A stretch of 64,000 nucleotides of DNA from Erysipelotrichaceae bacterium (GTDB lineage: Bacteria; Bacillota_I; Bacilli_A; RFN20; CAG-449): positions 21,533 to 85,532 of the forward strand of contig SVBA01000008.1 in the NCBI GenBank assembly GCA_015059095.1. Reading direction: 5' to 3'. Position numbers and translations under genes: made by a program. Positions 31,551-40,510 of the stretch are shown one piece after another (within the stretch, counting starts at the first letter, position 1; every line of letters begins with the position of its first letter). The notes below the pieces were generated by a model that saw nothing but the letters and a program-made list of their open reading frames with translations, was not told where the DNA came from and did not search any database.

Positions 31551-32537
31551 TTATTCTTTAGTTGAAGCTCTTTGTACGAACGAACCTTTAAATTCATATT
31601 CTCTATTCTTCAACTCTCCCTTTAATAATTTTGTTAGCATTCTCATTGCAATTGATCCTACATCATACATATCTAAATCAAACGAAGAAATAGTAGGTCT
31701 AGCAATTGAAGAATACTTAGTACCAATAATTGAAAGAACTTGAACATCTTCTGGAACTCTTAATCCAATATCAATCGCTGCATTTTGGATCGCACAAGCA
31801 ATTGAGTCTCTTGGACAAATAAAATATCCTTTTTTAATTGCTTTAAAATAATCTACAAAATAAGAATATGTTTCATGATATGAGTTAGGCATTTGAACTA
31901 CTTCAAATTGTTCTTTACCAACAACATTTTCAACAATATCTTCTAAAGATGCTATTAGCTTACCTTCGTTAGAAACTCTAACAAATTTAATTTCTTGATT
32001 CGCTGTATGTTTTTTAATAAACTTTTCTAATGCTTCAGCAAAATTCAAAGTAATAGAAGCAATCTTTTCACCTTGAACTTTATTACCAATAATAACGGAA
32101 GGTACGTTATAAGAAGCAATAGATTTAATATCTTTTTCATCTAATTCATCATCAAAAATAATCGCACCATCAACATGGGAAGTAATTAATTTTGAAATAA
32201 CATCTTGAACTTCATCTTGAGAATGTTTTGTAACAAATAATGTTGTTTGATAACCATAAATCTTACCGATATCAATCATACCTGATAATAAATTAGAGAT
32301 ATGAACATAGTTAGTATTTGGAATTACAATACCAATATTAGTTGTTCTAGAAGTTGCTAAACCTTGAGCTAAAGCATTAGGACGGTATCCTAATCTTTTA
32401 ATAGTTTCTTCAACTCTTTCTTTAGTTTCTTGAGTTACATTAGATTGTTTATTGATTACTCTTGATACTGTTGCAAGAGATACTCCTGCCGCTTTTGCTA
32501 CTTCATAAATTGTAACTCTATCCTTATAAACACCCAT
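31551..32537 (-). CDS. ccpA: LacI-family regulator, CcpA-like catabolite control protein
   Basis: RBS GGAGG. VTIYEVAKAAGVSLATVSRVINKQSNVTQETKERVEETIKRLGYRPNALAQGLATSRTTNIGIVIP and C-terminal AMRMLTKLL closely follow the CcpA pattern. Confidence 0.7.
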   Translation of the reverse strand: MGVYKDRVTIYEVAKAAGVSLATVSRVINKQSNVTQETKERVEETIKRLGYRPNALAQGLATSRTTNIGIVIPNTNYVHISNLLSGMIDIGKIYGYQTTLFVTKHSQDEVQDVISKLITSHVDGAIIFDDELDEKDIKSIASYNVPSVIIGNKVQGEKIASITLNFAEALEKFIKKHTANQEIKFVRVSNEGKLIASLEDIVENVVGKEQFEVVQMPNSYHETYSYFVDYFKAIKKGYFICPRDSIACAIQNAAIDIGLRVPEDVQVLSIIGTKYSSIARPTISSFDLDMYDVGSIAMRMLTKLLKGELKNREYEFKGSFVQRASTKE

Positions 32538-32550
32538 AAATTACCTCCAA

Positions 32551-32578
32551 AATAAATAAAAAGCGCTTTGCCGCGCTT
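32551..32578 (-). terminator. Rho-independent terminator of the small Cys-rich gene
   Basis: Minus-strand AAGCGC-GGCAAA-GCGCTT followed by TTTTATTTATT. Confidence 0.65.
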
Positions 32579-32603
32579 CTTAATGTGAAATAGTTGACCT
32601 TTA

Positions 32604-32888
32604 TTATAAATGTATACTTAAGACTTTTTGTTTGATTTGACCTAAAGCTTCTTTGGTTTTAGTTTTCACATCTTCCATTTCTAATTTTTCAATATCAGAA
32701 ACGATTTGTGAAATCTTTTCTTTTGCCTTAGTCATTACCTTTTCTTTTCCTTGCTCTTTTGAACAAGTATTACATTCTTCTTTTAAGCATTCGGATTCTG
32801 ATGTACAAGATTTCATGCAAATCATTTTCATTACAATCATCCCGATACCCATACCTAAACATAAAGGCATAACTTTAATTTGCATCAT
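32604..32888 (-). CDS. Small (95 aa) membrane-anchored Cys-rich protein with K/E-rich coiled-coil tail
   Basis: Start ATGATG at 32888 after AAGGGAG; the track's longer ORF is an N-terminal over-extension. Sequence MMQIKVMPLCLGMGIGMIVMKMICMKSCTSESECLKEECNTCSKEQ... Has its own consensus promoter and terminator. Confidence 0.55.
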   Translation of the reverse strand: MMQIKVMPLCLGMGIGMIVMKMICMKSCTSESECLKEECNTCSKEQGKEKVMTKAKEKISQIVSDIEKLEMEDVKTKTKEALGQIKQKVLSIHL

Positions 32889-32928
32889 TACCACTCCCTT
32901 ATGAAAGTGTGTTTCAAAGCGCACTTTC

Positions 32929-32957
32929 ATTATAAATGAAAATATTTTCATAGTCAA
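32929..32957 (-). promoter_or_regulatory. Consensus sigma-A promoter (TTGACT-17-TATAAT) whose spacer and downstream region are palindromic operators
   Basis: -35 TTGACT (32952-57), -10 TATAAT (32929-34). The spacer ATGAAAATATTTTCAT is a perfect palindrome. Downstream inverted repeat ATGAAAGTG-N12-CACTTTCAT (32901-32930) sits between -10 and the RBS. Confidence 0.6.
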
Positions 32958-33077
32958 CATTACATACAAAATTGTAAAAATAATGAAGCTAGAAAAATGG
33001 TCAACTGATTAATTAGTTCCTTAATACTTCACACAATCATTATTATATCCTAAGTTTATAGAATTATTATTTTTTCA

Positions 33078-33105
33078 AATAAAAAGGAGATGACTACTCA
33101 TCTCC
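33078..33105 (-). terminator. Rho-independent terminator after deoC
   Basis: GGAGATGA-GTAG-TCATCTCC followed by TTTTTATTT on the minus strand. Confidence 0.75.
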
Positions 33106-33117
33106 AAGTAAAAATTA

Positions 33118-33774
33118 TTAATTATTTTCCTTTAATTCTTGTATGATTCTAATACCAGCAGATGCGCCAACTCTAGAGGCACCAGCTTTAATCATTGCTA
33201 AGAAGTCTTCAGCAGTTCTTACTCCACCACTTGCTTTAACTCCCATTTTCTTACCTACTGTTTTTCTCATTAATTTAACATCATGAACAGTTGCTCCGCC
33301 TGTAGAAAAGCCAGTAGAAGTTTTAACAAATGTTGCTTTTGCTTTTTTAGACAATTTACATGCTCTAACTTTTTCTTCATCAGTTAATAAACAAGTTTCA
33401 ATAATTACTTTTAATGTATGGCCTTTACATGCTCTTCTAATAGCTCTAATTTCATTTAAGATATATTCATCATCATTTTCTTTTAATCTAGAAACGTTGA
33501 TTACCATATCAATTTCAGTAGCACCATCTTTAATTGCTTGTTTTGTTTCAAACACTTTAGATTCTGTTGAAGTAGCACCTAATGGGAAGCCAACAACAGT
33601 ACAAACATCAACTCCACTATCTTTTAATAATTCTGCACACATTTTAATATATCCAGGATTAACACATACAGAAGCAAAATTATAAGATTTAGCCTCTTCA
33701 CATAATAATTTAATTTGAGCATCAGTACAATCTGGTTTTAATAATGTATGATCAATATATTTACTGTAATTCAT
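33118..33774 (-). CDS. deoC: Deoxyribose-phosphate aldolase
   Basis: Start at internal ATG (AAAGGAGAA-N7-ATG). [14 protein letters not shown]...VCVNP...VVGFPLGA...KASGG match the DeoC signature. Confidence 0.85.
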   Translation of the reverse strand: MNYSKYIDHTLLKPDCTDAQIKLLCEEAKSYNFASVCVNPGYIKMCAELLKDSGVDVCTVVGFPLGATSTESKVFETKQAIKDGATEIDMVINVSRLKENDDEYILNEIRAIRRACKGHTLKVIIETCLLTDEEKVRACKLSKKAKATFVKTSTGFSTGGATVHDVKLMRKTVGKKMGVKASGGVRTAEDFLAMIKAGASRVGASAGIRIIQELKENN

Positions 33775-33858
33775 AAAATTTTCTCCTTTATTAATTATAA
33801 GTATAACATCAAAAAAGAATAAAAAAAAGACTTCATTTAGAAGTCTAATTTTCATCTC

Positions 33859-34038
33859 TTATTTTTTTACTTCAACAACTTGTTTACCATTGTAGTATCC
33901 ACATTCTGGACAGACGCGGTGTGAAACAATTGTTGCTCCACAATGACCACATTTAACTAAACCAGTAACGTTTAATTTGAAATGAGTTCTACGCATTCTT
34001 TTTGTTGTTTTTGAAGTTCTTCTTGCTGGAACTGCCAT
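33859..34038 (-). CDS. rpmF: 50S ribosomal protein L32
   Basis: Not in the ORF track (59 aa). AGGAGG then [62 protein letters not shown]. Confidence 0.85.
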   Translation of the reverse strand: MAVPARRTSKTTKRMRRTHFKLNVTGLVKCGHCGATIVSHRVCPECGYYNGKQVVEVKK

Positions 34039-34373
34039 ACTTACACACCTCCTACGGTTTTATAGCCTTCTTTGACACGGATATTATTTTATATGAAAAT
34101 TCCATAAGTGTCAATTAAAATTTCATCATTAAGTAATTTTACTTACTTTTATAAAAAATAAAAGTTCGATTTATAAAATAAAAAATTTTCCAATGTTATT
34201 AGCAATTTATTTTTTTTGAAAAAAATCAAGTTAAATTTTAATATACTTCTAATAAATATTTTTATAAATTTATCAAGGTTTGTTTGAATTATTTATCAAC
34301 ACAAAATACTAAACTTGAAAAATATTTCATTCACTCAAGTTTTGCTTATATTTAACTTATAAGGAGCATTTTT

Positions 34374-34664
34374 ATGAGATTAAAAGAATTAAGAAAGAAA
34401 GCAGATATTTCTCAAGCAGAACTAGGAAAGATACTAGGAGTTACAGGTCAAACAGTACTAAACTGGGAAAGTGGCATTTATGAACCAAAAATCGAACATT
34501 TAATTAAACTAGCAGATTTCTTTAATGTATCAATCGATTATTTAGTAGAAAGACCAAAAGAAGTTTCTAAAGCCGATGAAATATATAACGAATTATCAAA
34601 AATTTCTTATGATGATTTATTAAAATACATTAAAGAAAAATTAAAAGAAAATGATAAGCAATAA
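34374..34664 (+). CDS. XRE-family HTH transcriptional regulator
   Basis: RBS AAGGAG. ISQAELGKILGVTGQTVLNWESGIYEPKIEHLIKLADFFNVSIDYLV is a Cro/C1-type HTH. Confidence 0.7.
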   Translation: MRLKELRKKADISQAELGKILGVTGQTVLNWESGIYEPKIEHLIKLADFFNVSIDYLVERPKEVSKADEIYNELSKISYDDLLKYIKEKLKENDKQ

Positions 34665-34669
34665 AGAAA

Positions 34670-34699
34670 AACACGTTCAAATGAACGTGTTCTTTTTAT
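34670..34699. terminator. Bidirectional rho-independent terminator between the XRE gene and the flotillin gene
   Basis: AACACGTTC-AAAT-GAACGTGTT flanked by T-runs on both strands. Confidence 0.75.
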
Positions 34700-34706
34700 T
34701 TACTAA

Positions 34707-36185
34707 CTATTTTTCGCTTTCGTCTTTACCTTTTGCAAGTAATTTACCACCTAAATAACCTGCTAATAAAGATTTAATATCTAATCCTGTAGCTTTTTCT
34801 AAGCCTTCAAAGATTTGTGAACTGTTTTTAGTAATTTCTTCTGTTAACTTAGCTGAATTACCTTCACCATACATAGTGATTGAATCAATCTTAGATAATG
34901 CTTCTGCCATAGGTTGGCTATATGCAGAGATAATTTGAGGTAAAACACCTGAATCTAAAATTAATTGTAATGTTGCAGCTTCACCATATTGTTTCATAGC
35001 ATCTGCTTTAGCTTTAATTGCATCAGCTTCTGCTTTACCTTTTGCTTCAATACCAGCAGCTTCAGCAAGAGCAGCTTCTTTTAAAGCGTTAGCTTTAGTA
35101 ATAGCAGCATGAGCTTCTGCTTCAGCAGCAATTCTTAATGCTTCTGCTTCTTGTTGTTTTTCATATCTTTCAGCTTCTGCAGCTTTTTGACGAGTGAATA
35201 AATCAGCTTCTGCTTCTTGTAATGCAGCATATTTTTTAGAGTCTGCTACTTTATTAATTTCAGCTTGAAGTTTCATTTCTTGAATTTCAACTTCACGATT
35301 TTCAAGTTCAACCATTCTTTCACGTTTAGCAATATCTGCATTGATTTGAGCGATGTTGATTTCTTGTTGACGTTTTTGTTCCTCAATTTTATAAGCAGCA
35401 TCAGCTTGAGCTTTAGCTGTATCAGTTTGTTGTTTTAAAGCTGATTCTTTTAAAGATAATTCAGTATTTTGTTCAATAATTTTTTGATTTGCATTAACTC
35501 TAGACCTGTTAGCAGCTTCTTCAGCTTCAGATTTAGCGATTGTTACGTCTCTATCTGCATTTGCTTTAGCAATAGCAGCATCCTTTGAAATTTGAGCAAT
35601 GTTATCGATACCTAAGTTTTCAATAACATGGTTGTCATCAGAGAATGATTGAATGTTGAAGTTTACAACTTCAATACCCATTTTAGCCATATCAGGAACA
35701 ACGTTTTCTTTTACAGAGTTAGCAACACCTTGACGATCTTGAACTAATTGTTTGATATCAACTGTACCGATAATTTCACGCATATTACCTTGTAATACTT
35801 GTTGAACTTGAGCGATTAAGTTAGATTCTGACATATTAAGAATAGATTCTGCTGCTCTATTTAATAATTCAGGATCACTAGAAATCTTTAAGTTAGCAAC
35901 ACCATCAACACGGATGTTAATGAAATTAGAAGTAGGAATAGCTTCATCAGTTTTAATGTCTACTTGGAAAACTCTTAAAGATAATTTATCGATTCTTTGT
36001 AAGAATGGCCATCTAAATCCAGCCTTACCAATTAAAATTTTTCTTTTTCCTAAACCAGAAATGATAATTGCAGTATCAGGTGCAGCCTTTACATAACCTG
36101 CTGCAAAAATAACAACTCCAATAATTACTACTGCAATAATTACTGCAATTAGTCCACCTGGGACAAATGAACTTAAAATATTCAT
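34707..36185 (-). CDS. floT: Flotillin-like SPFH/band-7 membrane protein (FloT/YuaG-type)
   Basis: N-terminal TM helix. SPFH domain. Long Ala/Glu/Lys-rich coiled coil (EAEALRIAAEAEAHAAITKANALKEAALAEAAGIEAKGKAEADAIKAKADA). Confidence 0.8.
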   Translation of the reverse strand: MNILSSFVPGGLIAVIIAVVIIGVVIFAAGYVKAAPDTAIIISGLGKRKILIGKAGFRWPFLQRIDKLSLRVFQVDIKTDEAIPTSNFINIRVDGVANLKISSDPELLNRAAESILNMSESNLIAQVQQVLQGNMREIIGTVDIKQLVQDRQGVANSVKENVVPDMAKMGIEVVNFNIQSFSDDNHVIENLGIDNIAQISKDAAIAKANADRDVTIAKSEAEEAANRSRVNANQKIIEQNTELSLKESALKQQTDTAKAQADAAYKIEEQKRQQEINIAQINADIAKRERMVELENREVEIQEMKLQAEINKVADSKKYAALQEAEADLFTRQKAAEAERYEKQQEAEALRIAAEAEAHAAITKANALKEAALAEAAGIEAKGKAEADAIKAKADAMKQYGEAATLQLILDSGVLPQIISAYSQPMAEALSKIDSITMYGEGNSAKLTEEITKNSSQIFEGLEKATGLDIKSLLAGYLGGKLLAKGKDESEK

Positions 36186-36324
36186 AATTTACCCTCCTAT
36201 AGTTTTGTGCTAATACTTAGGATATTAACGACATAATTTTAACACATGTATATAAAATAATAAATATTTTGATAAAATTTATTATTTAAATAAAAGAAAA
36301 ATACCACTTTTCAGTGATATTTAA

Positions 36325-37596
36325 CTACTTTTCATATTTTACTTTAATATATTTACCCAAAATATTTTCTTCACTTCTAATCTTAACATCGATATAGTTA
36401 TCAGAATATCCATGATACATTTTTTCTTTTGGATTATATGTTTCTACAATTACATTTAATTCTTTACCAATAAACTTATTTTCATATTCTTCTTTTAAAT
36501 TTTCACCGAAAGAAATTAATCTATGAACTCTTTCATTTTTTATTTTAGGATCAATTTGATTTTCCATTTTACTCGCTGGAGTTCCTGGTCTAATTGAATA
36601 AGGGAAAACATGTAAATAATGGAATCCACATTCTTTAATAAAGTCCATACATTCTACAAATTCTTCTTCCGTTTCACCCGGGAAACCAACAATAACATCA
36701 CACGCTAAAGCGATATTAGGAACCGCTTCTTTAATTTTATTTATTGTTGAAAGAAATTGTTCTTTATTATATTTTCTTCTCATCCTTTTTAAGACACCTT
36801 CAGAACCAGATTGGAGAGGAATATGTAAATGAGGTGCAACAACTGGATTATTTTTTAATATTTCTATAAATTCATCATCTAGTTCGCTTTCTTCCATGGA
36901 AGAAATTCTAATTCTTTTTAATCTTGGCTCTCTTTGAATTATTTCTTTTAATAAGTCATTAAACCTATACTTTTCTTCTTTAAATTCCTTACCATATCCT
37001 GCAGAATCAATACCAGTTAAAACGATTTCTAAAAATCCTCTATCACACAAGTTTTTAATCTCTGAAAAGATTTCTTCTTTTGGACGAGATCTAAAATTAC
37101 CTCTAGTATAAGGAATAATACAGTAAGAGCAGAAATTATTACATCCATCTTGTATTTTAATAAATGCTCTAGTGTTTTCTGAATAAGAAGTAATTTTTAA
37201 ACATTCATATTCTTCATTTCTATTTTCTTTATTAACACAGACAATTTGAGAATTATTTTTAATAAAGTCTTCAAGAAATTCAACGATTTTACTTCTGTTA
37301 GAAGTACCTAAAACTATATCTACTCCTTCAATAGATTCAACAATTTCTGGATGTAATTGAGAATAACACCCCATAACAATTGTTATTGCATTAGGATACT
37401 TAGAAATTGATTTTCTAATCATTTGACGAGATTTTTGTTCACCAACTTGAGTTACCGCACAAGTATTAATGATAAAAACATCACATTTATCATCATGTGA
37501 TTCAATATAACCTTTTTCATTTAATAATTCTTTAATTGCTTGAATTTCATATGTATTAACTTTGCATCCAAGAGATAATGTCTTATAATATTTCAT
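36325..37596 (-). CDS. mtaB: MiaB/RimO-family radical-SAM methylthiotransferase, likely MtaB (YqeV)
   Basis: N-terminal MTTase domain LSLGCKVNTYE...INTCAV. Radical SAM C-x3-C-x2-C (CNNFCSYC). C-terminal TRAM domain. Synteny with rsmE as in yqeU-yqeV. Confidence 0.75.
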   Translation of the reverse strand: MKYYKTLSLGCKVNTYEIQAIKELLNEKGYIESHDDKCDVFIINTCAVTQVGEQKSRQMIRKSISKYPNAITIVMGCYSQLHPEIVESIEGVDIVLGTSNRSKIVEFLEDFIKNNSQIVCVNKENRNEEYECLKITSYSENTRAFIKIQDGCNNFCSYCIIPYTRGNFRSRPKEEIFSEIKNLCDRGFLEIVLTGIDSAGYGKEFKEEKYRFNDLLKEIIQREPRLKRIRISSMEESELDDEFIEILKNNPVVAPHLHIPLQSGSEGVLKRMRRKYNKEQFLSTINKIKEAVPNIALACDVIVGFPGETEEEFVECMDFIKECGFHYLHVFPYSIRPGTPASKMENQIDPKIKNERVHRLISFGENLKEEYENKFIGKELNVIVETYNPKEKMYHGYSDNYIDVKIRSEENILGKYIKVKYEK

Positions 37597-37598
37597 TT

Positions 37599-38372
37599 TT
37601 ATTCACCAACTTTATTTTTAAAAATATTTTTAATTGTCATCTTTTTTAATAATTTTTTATACATCTTAAAAGAAATAAATTTATTAACATACAAAGATTT
37701 TATAAATAAACTTCTATCATTGTTATAAAAATTAGTAATGACTTCCAATAATCTATCATTAAAATTTTGATATTCACGCGTTTTTAAATACTTATCAAAC
37801 AAACGAATAGAAATATCTAATCTCCCTTGTTTATTAATAATATAAATTGTTTCAAATTCAGGATGATAAAATGCAGAACTAGTCTTATCATCTTTAATTT
37901 TAATTAAGTTTGTAAAAGAAGAATTGTACAAATTTAAATTATACATATCAAATAAATCAATACAAGAAGAAGATGGATCATCCTTTAATTCATCATAAGG
38001 ATATCCCAATAGCTTATGAGGAGTATCGTAATAAATATAATTTAATCCTTTAGAATAAATAGGAACATAAATTTTACTTCCTTCACTTTCAAAATATGGT
38101 CTTTCTTTATTAATCAATAAATCCCATAATTCTTTTTTATTAAAAGAAGACACCTTATTTACATAATCTTCGATAATGCTTTTGTTAATCATCGCTTTAA
38201 TTAATATATTAACTTGAATAATCTTAAAAGTTTTCTCATCGTAACTTCTCAATTTATAATTAGATAAAATTTTAGAAATTAGACGGTAGTTTTCAGCAAA
38301 AAACTCGTACTCTGAAGTATGAGAGTATATCTTATCTTTCCTCGAATTTATCGACTTAAAAATCGTACGCAT
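37599..38372 (-). CDS. Hypothetical protein (no recognisable domain)
   Basis: 257-aa ORF tightly packed between rsmE and mtaB. Composition matches neighbouring genes. Confidence 0.4.
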   Translation of the reverse strand: MRTIFKSINSRKDKIYSHTSEYEFFAENYRLISKILSNYKLRSYDEKTFKIIQVNILIKAMINKSIIEDYVNKVSSFNKKELWDLLINKERPYFESEGSKIYVPIYSKGLNYIYYDTPHKLLGYPYDELKDDPSSSCIDLFDMYNLNLYNSSFTNLIKIKDDKTSSAFYHPEFETIYIINKQGRLDISIRLFDKYLKTREYQNFNDRLLEVITNFYNNDRSLFIKSLYVNKFISFKMYKKLLKKMTIKNIFKNKVGE

Positions 38373-38374
38373 AA

Positions 38375-39091
38375 TTAATTCCTTTCAAGTAATAATGCAA
38401 AGGAAGTTAAACTGTAGAATACTGCTGTTTCACTTCTTAAAATTCTTTTACCTAGAGAAATAGATTGATAGTTATTTAAAATCGCATAATCAACTTCTTT
38501 TCTAGAGAATCCACCTTCTGAACCAATAATAATTCCAATAGTTTCTCCTTCTTTAATTTGTTCTATTTTATCTTTAAAAGATATTTCTCCTTCATCTTCA
38601 TATGCTATAAAACTATGATCAAATTTAAATTTTGAGATATCTTTAAAATCAATTACTTTATCAATAGTAGGAACGATTGTTCTTTTTGATTGCTCACTTG
38701 CCTCTAAGGCAATTTTATTAAATCTAAGAAGTTTCTTTTCTTTATTTTCTTTAGTAATTTTTGCAATACATCTTTCTGATTGAACCAAAATAATTTCACT
38801 TACCCCAAGTTCAGTAGCCTTTTGAATAACTAAATCAAGTTTTTCTCCTTTAGGTATACAATATAGTAAAGTAATATGATTATTTAATTCATGATCTTCA
38901 TGTAAATTTTCAATAATTTTAACTTTTAAAGGATTAGTCGATTCTAGAGCCACTAAAAAAGCTTCACCATTATAAACAACAGTGATTTGATCATTCACTC
39001 TCATTCTCATTACATTAACAATGTGATGAATTTGATCTTTTTCAAATATTACTTCATCATTTACTATATCTTTAACAAAATATCTTTGCAT
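38375..39091 (-). CDS. rsmE: 16S rRNA (uracil1498-N3)-methyltransferase
   Basis: MQRYFV...HHIVNVMRMRVNDQITVV... and C-terminal SPOUT fold pattern. 238 aa. Confidence 0.8.
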   Translation of the reverse strand: MQRYFVKDIVNDEVIFEKDQIHHIVNVMRMRVNDQITVVYNGEAFLVALESTNPLKVKIIENLHEDHELNNHITLLYCIPKGEKLDLVIQKATELGVSEIILVQSERCIAKITKENKEKKLLRFNKIALEASEQSKRTIVPTIDKVIDFKDISKFKFDHSFIAYEDEGEISFKDKIEQIKEGETIGIIIGSEGGFSRKEVDYAILNNYQSISLGKRILRSETAVFYSLTSFALLLERN

Positions 39092-39093
39092 AC

Positions 39094-39930
39094 TTATTCT
39101 CCTTTATAAAGTTCTTTTAATAAATTAACTTCATATTTATAACCATCTAATTCGTTTGGAGTTTCTAAATAAATTGGTATTCCTTTAAGTTTAGGATGAT
39201 TGATAATATATTCAATTGCATCTAAACCAATATATCCTTTTCCTAAAACTTCATGTCGATCTTTATGTGCTCCTACAGGATTTTTAGAATCGTTCAAATG
39301 GATAGCTTTTAATCTATCTAATCCAATAATTCTATCAAATTCTTCTAACACTTTATCAAAAGCAAAGACTATATCATATCCTCCATCATGGATATGACAA
39401 GTATCTAAAGTGACACCAAGTAAATGTGATAATTTAACTCCATCAATAATTTCTTTTATTTCTTCAAAACTAGAGCCTACTTCACTACCTTTACCTGCCA
39501 TAGTTTCTAATAACACTAAAGTCTCTTGATCTTCTTCTAAAACTTCATTTAATGCATCAATAATATATTTAATTCCTATTTCTTTTCCTTGACCTACATG
39601 ACTTCCAGGATGAAAATTATACATCGAATTAGGTACTCTTTTTAATATTTTTAAATCTTGTTTAAATACATCAATAGCAAATTCTCTTACACTTTCTTTA
39701 TCTGAACAACAATTTAATGTATAAGGAGCATGCGCTAAAAAAGGACCAAAGTTATTTTCTTTAGCAAGTTCTATAAATTTATTTAAATCTTCTTCATTAA
39801 TTTCCTTAGCTTGACATCCTCTAGGATTTCTAGTAAACCATTGAAATACGTTCCCACCAATATACTTAGTATCATTAAGCATAGAAACATATCCCCCACT
39901 TGAAGAAACATGACATCCAATTTTTAACAT
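39094..39930 (-). CDS. nfo: Endonuclease IV (apurinic/apyrimidinic endonuclease)
   Basis: [14 protein letters not shown]...HAPY...ETMAGKG...HLNDSK match the Nfo pattern. Confidence 0.85.
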   Translation of the reverse strand: MLKIGCHVSSSGGYVSMLNDTKYIGGNVFQWFTRNPRGCQAKEINEEDLNKFIELAKENNFGPFLAHAPYTLNCCSDKESVREFAIDVFKQDLKILKRVPNSMYNFHPGSHVGQGKEIGIKYIIDALNEVLEEDQETLVLLETMAGKGSEVGSSFEEIKEIIDGVKLSHLLGVTLDTCHIHDGGYDIVFAFDKVLEEFDRIIGLDRLKAIHLNDSKNPVGAHKDRHEVLGKGYIGLDAIEYIINHPKLKGIPIYLETPNELDGYKYEVNLLKELYKGE

Positions 39931-39991
39931 AAATATTCCTCCTACCTAGTTATAATAACATAAAAAAGAAAAAAAGATGTATAAAATACAT

Positions 39992-40252
39992 CTAATCGTT
40001 TTGATATTTTTTTGAAAGATCCATCAAATAAACAACAAGTTTTAAATAATATTCCTCTAAATCTTTATTTTTTATTCTTTTTTTTGCTTTATTTAATACT
40101 ATTTCTTCTCTAGAAGCATCTAAAATATCTAAATTATGTTCCTTTTTATATTGTCCAATTGCTTTAGCAATTTCCATTCTATTTTCAAATAGTTCACATA
40201 ATTTAGTATCTATTTCATCAATTTTTTTTCTTAATAATTCTAATTCGTTCAT
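39992..40252 (-). CDS. Chorismate mutase (AroQ class, CM_2), divergent from the aro operon
   Basis: Start ATG 40252 after AAAGGTG; the track start is a GTG inside the SD. LRKKIDEIDTKLCELFENRMEIAKAIGQYKK matches the CM_2 helix pattern. Confidence 0.7.
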   Translation of the reverse strand: MNELELLRKKIDEIDTKLCELFENRMEIAKAIGQYKKEHNLDILDASREEIVLNKAKKRIKNKDLEEYYLKLVVYLMDLSKKYQND

Positions 40253-40465
40253 AAGATTCACCTTTTATATACATAATTTTAACCAATTTTTATGAAAAAT
40301 CCATTGTTTTATTTGATATTAAGAACAATTAGAGTTAAGATAATAACAAGGATGGACAGTATTATGAAAACTCTAATTTTTTCTTCATATTACTTTTATT
40401 ACTTTAGATAGAACCCTATAAAGTATTCTAATAGGATATTTTAGTTTTGAATAGGGTTAGGTAGG

Positions 40466-40493
40466 CATCATTAAAACAAAATGATGTTTTTTT
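40466..40493 (+). terminator. Leader terminator (attenuator) 7 nt upstream of the aroB RBS
   Basis: CATCATT-AAAACAA-AATGATG followed by TTTTTTT. Preceded by two further hairpins (40328-40382 with U-run; 40412-40458). Confidence 0.6.
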
Positions 40494-40510
40494 ATTTAAA
40501 GGAGGACGTT

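Noticed and set aside
32653-32904. 83-aa plus-strand ORF antisense to the small Cys-rich gene
   Set aside because: The minus-strand ORF has a strong SD, consensus promoter and terminator. The plus-strand ORF has none.
32899-32933. Possible CcpA cre site in the palindrome next to ccpA
   Set aside because: Sequence does not fit WTGNAANCGNWNNCW at the invariant CG positions in either orientation. Treated instead as a distinct operator.
40400-40466. TRAP-like (G/U)AG repeat array in the aro leader
   Set aside because: Seven TAG triplets are present but spacing is irregular (4, 23, 10, 10, 6, 4 nt), unlike the 2-3-nt spaced 9-11 repeats needed for TRAP.
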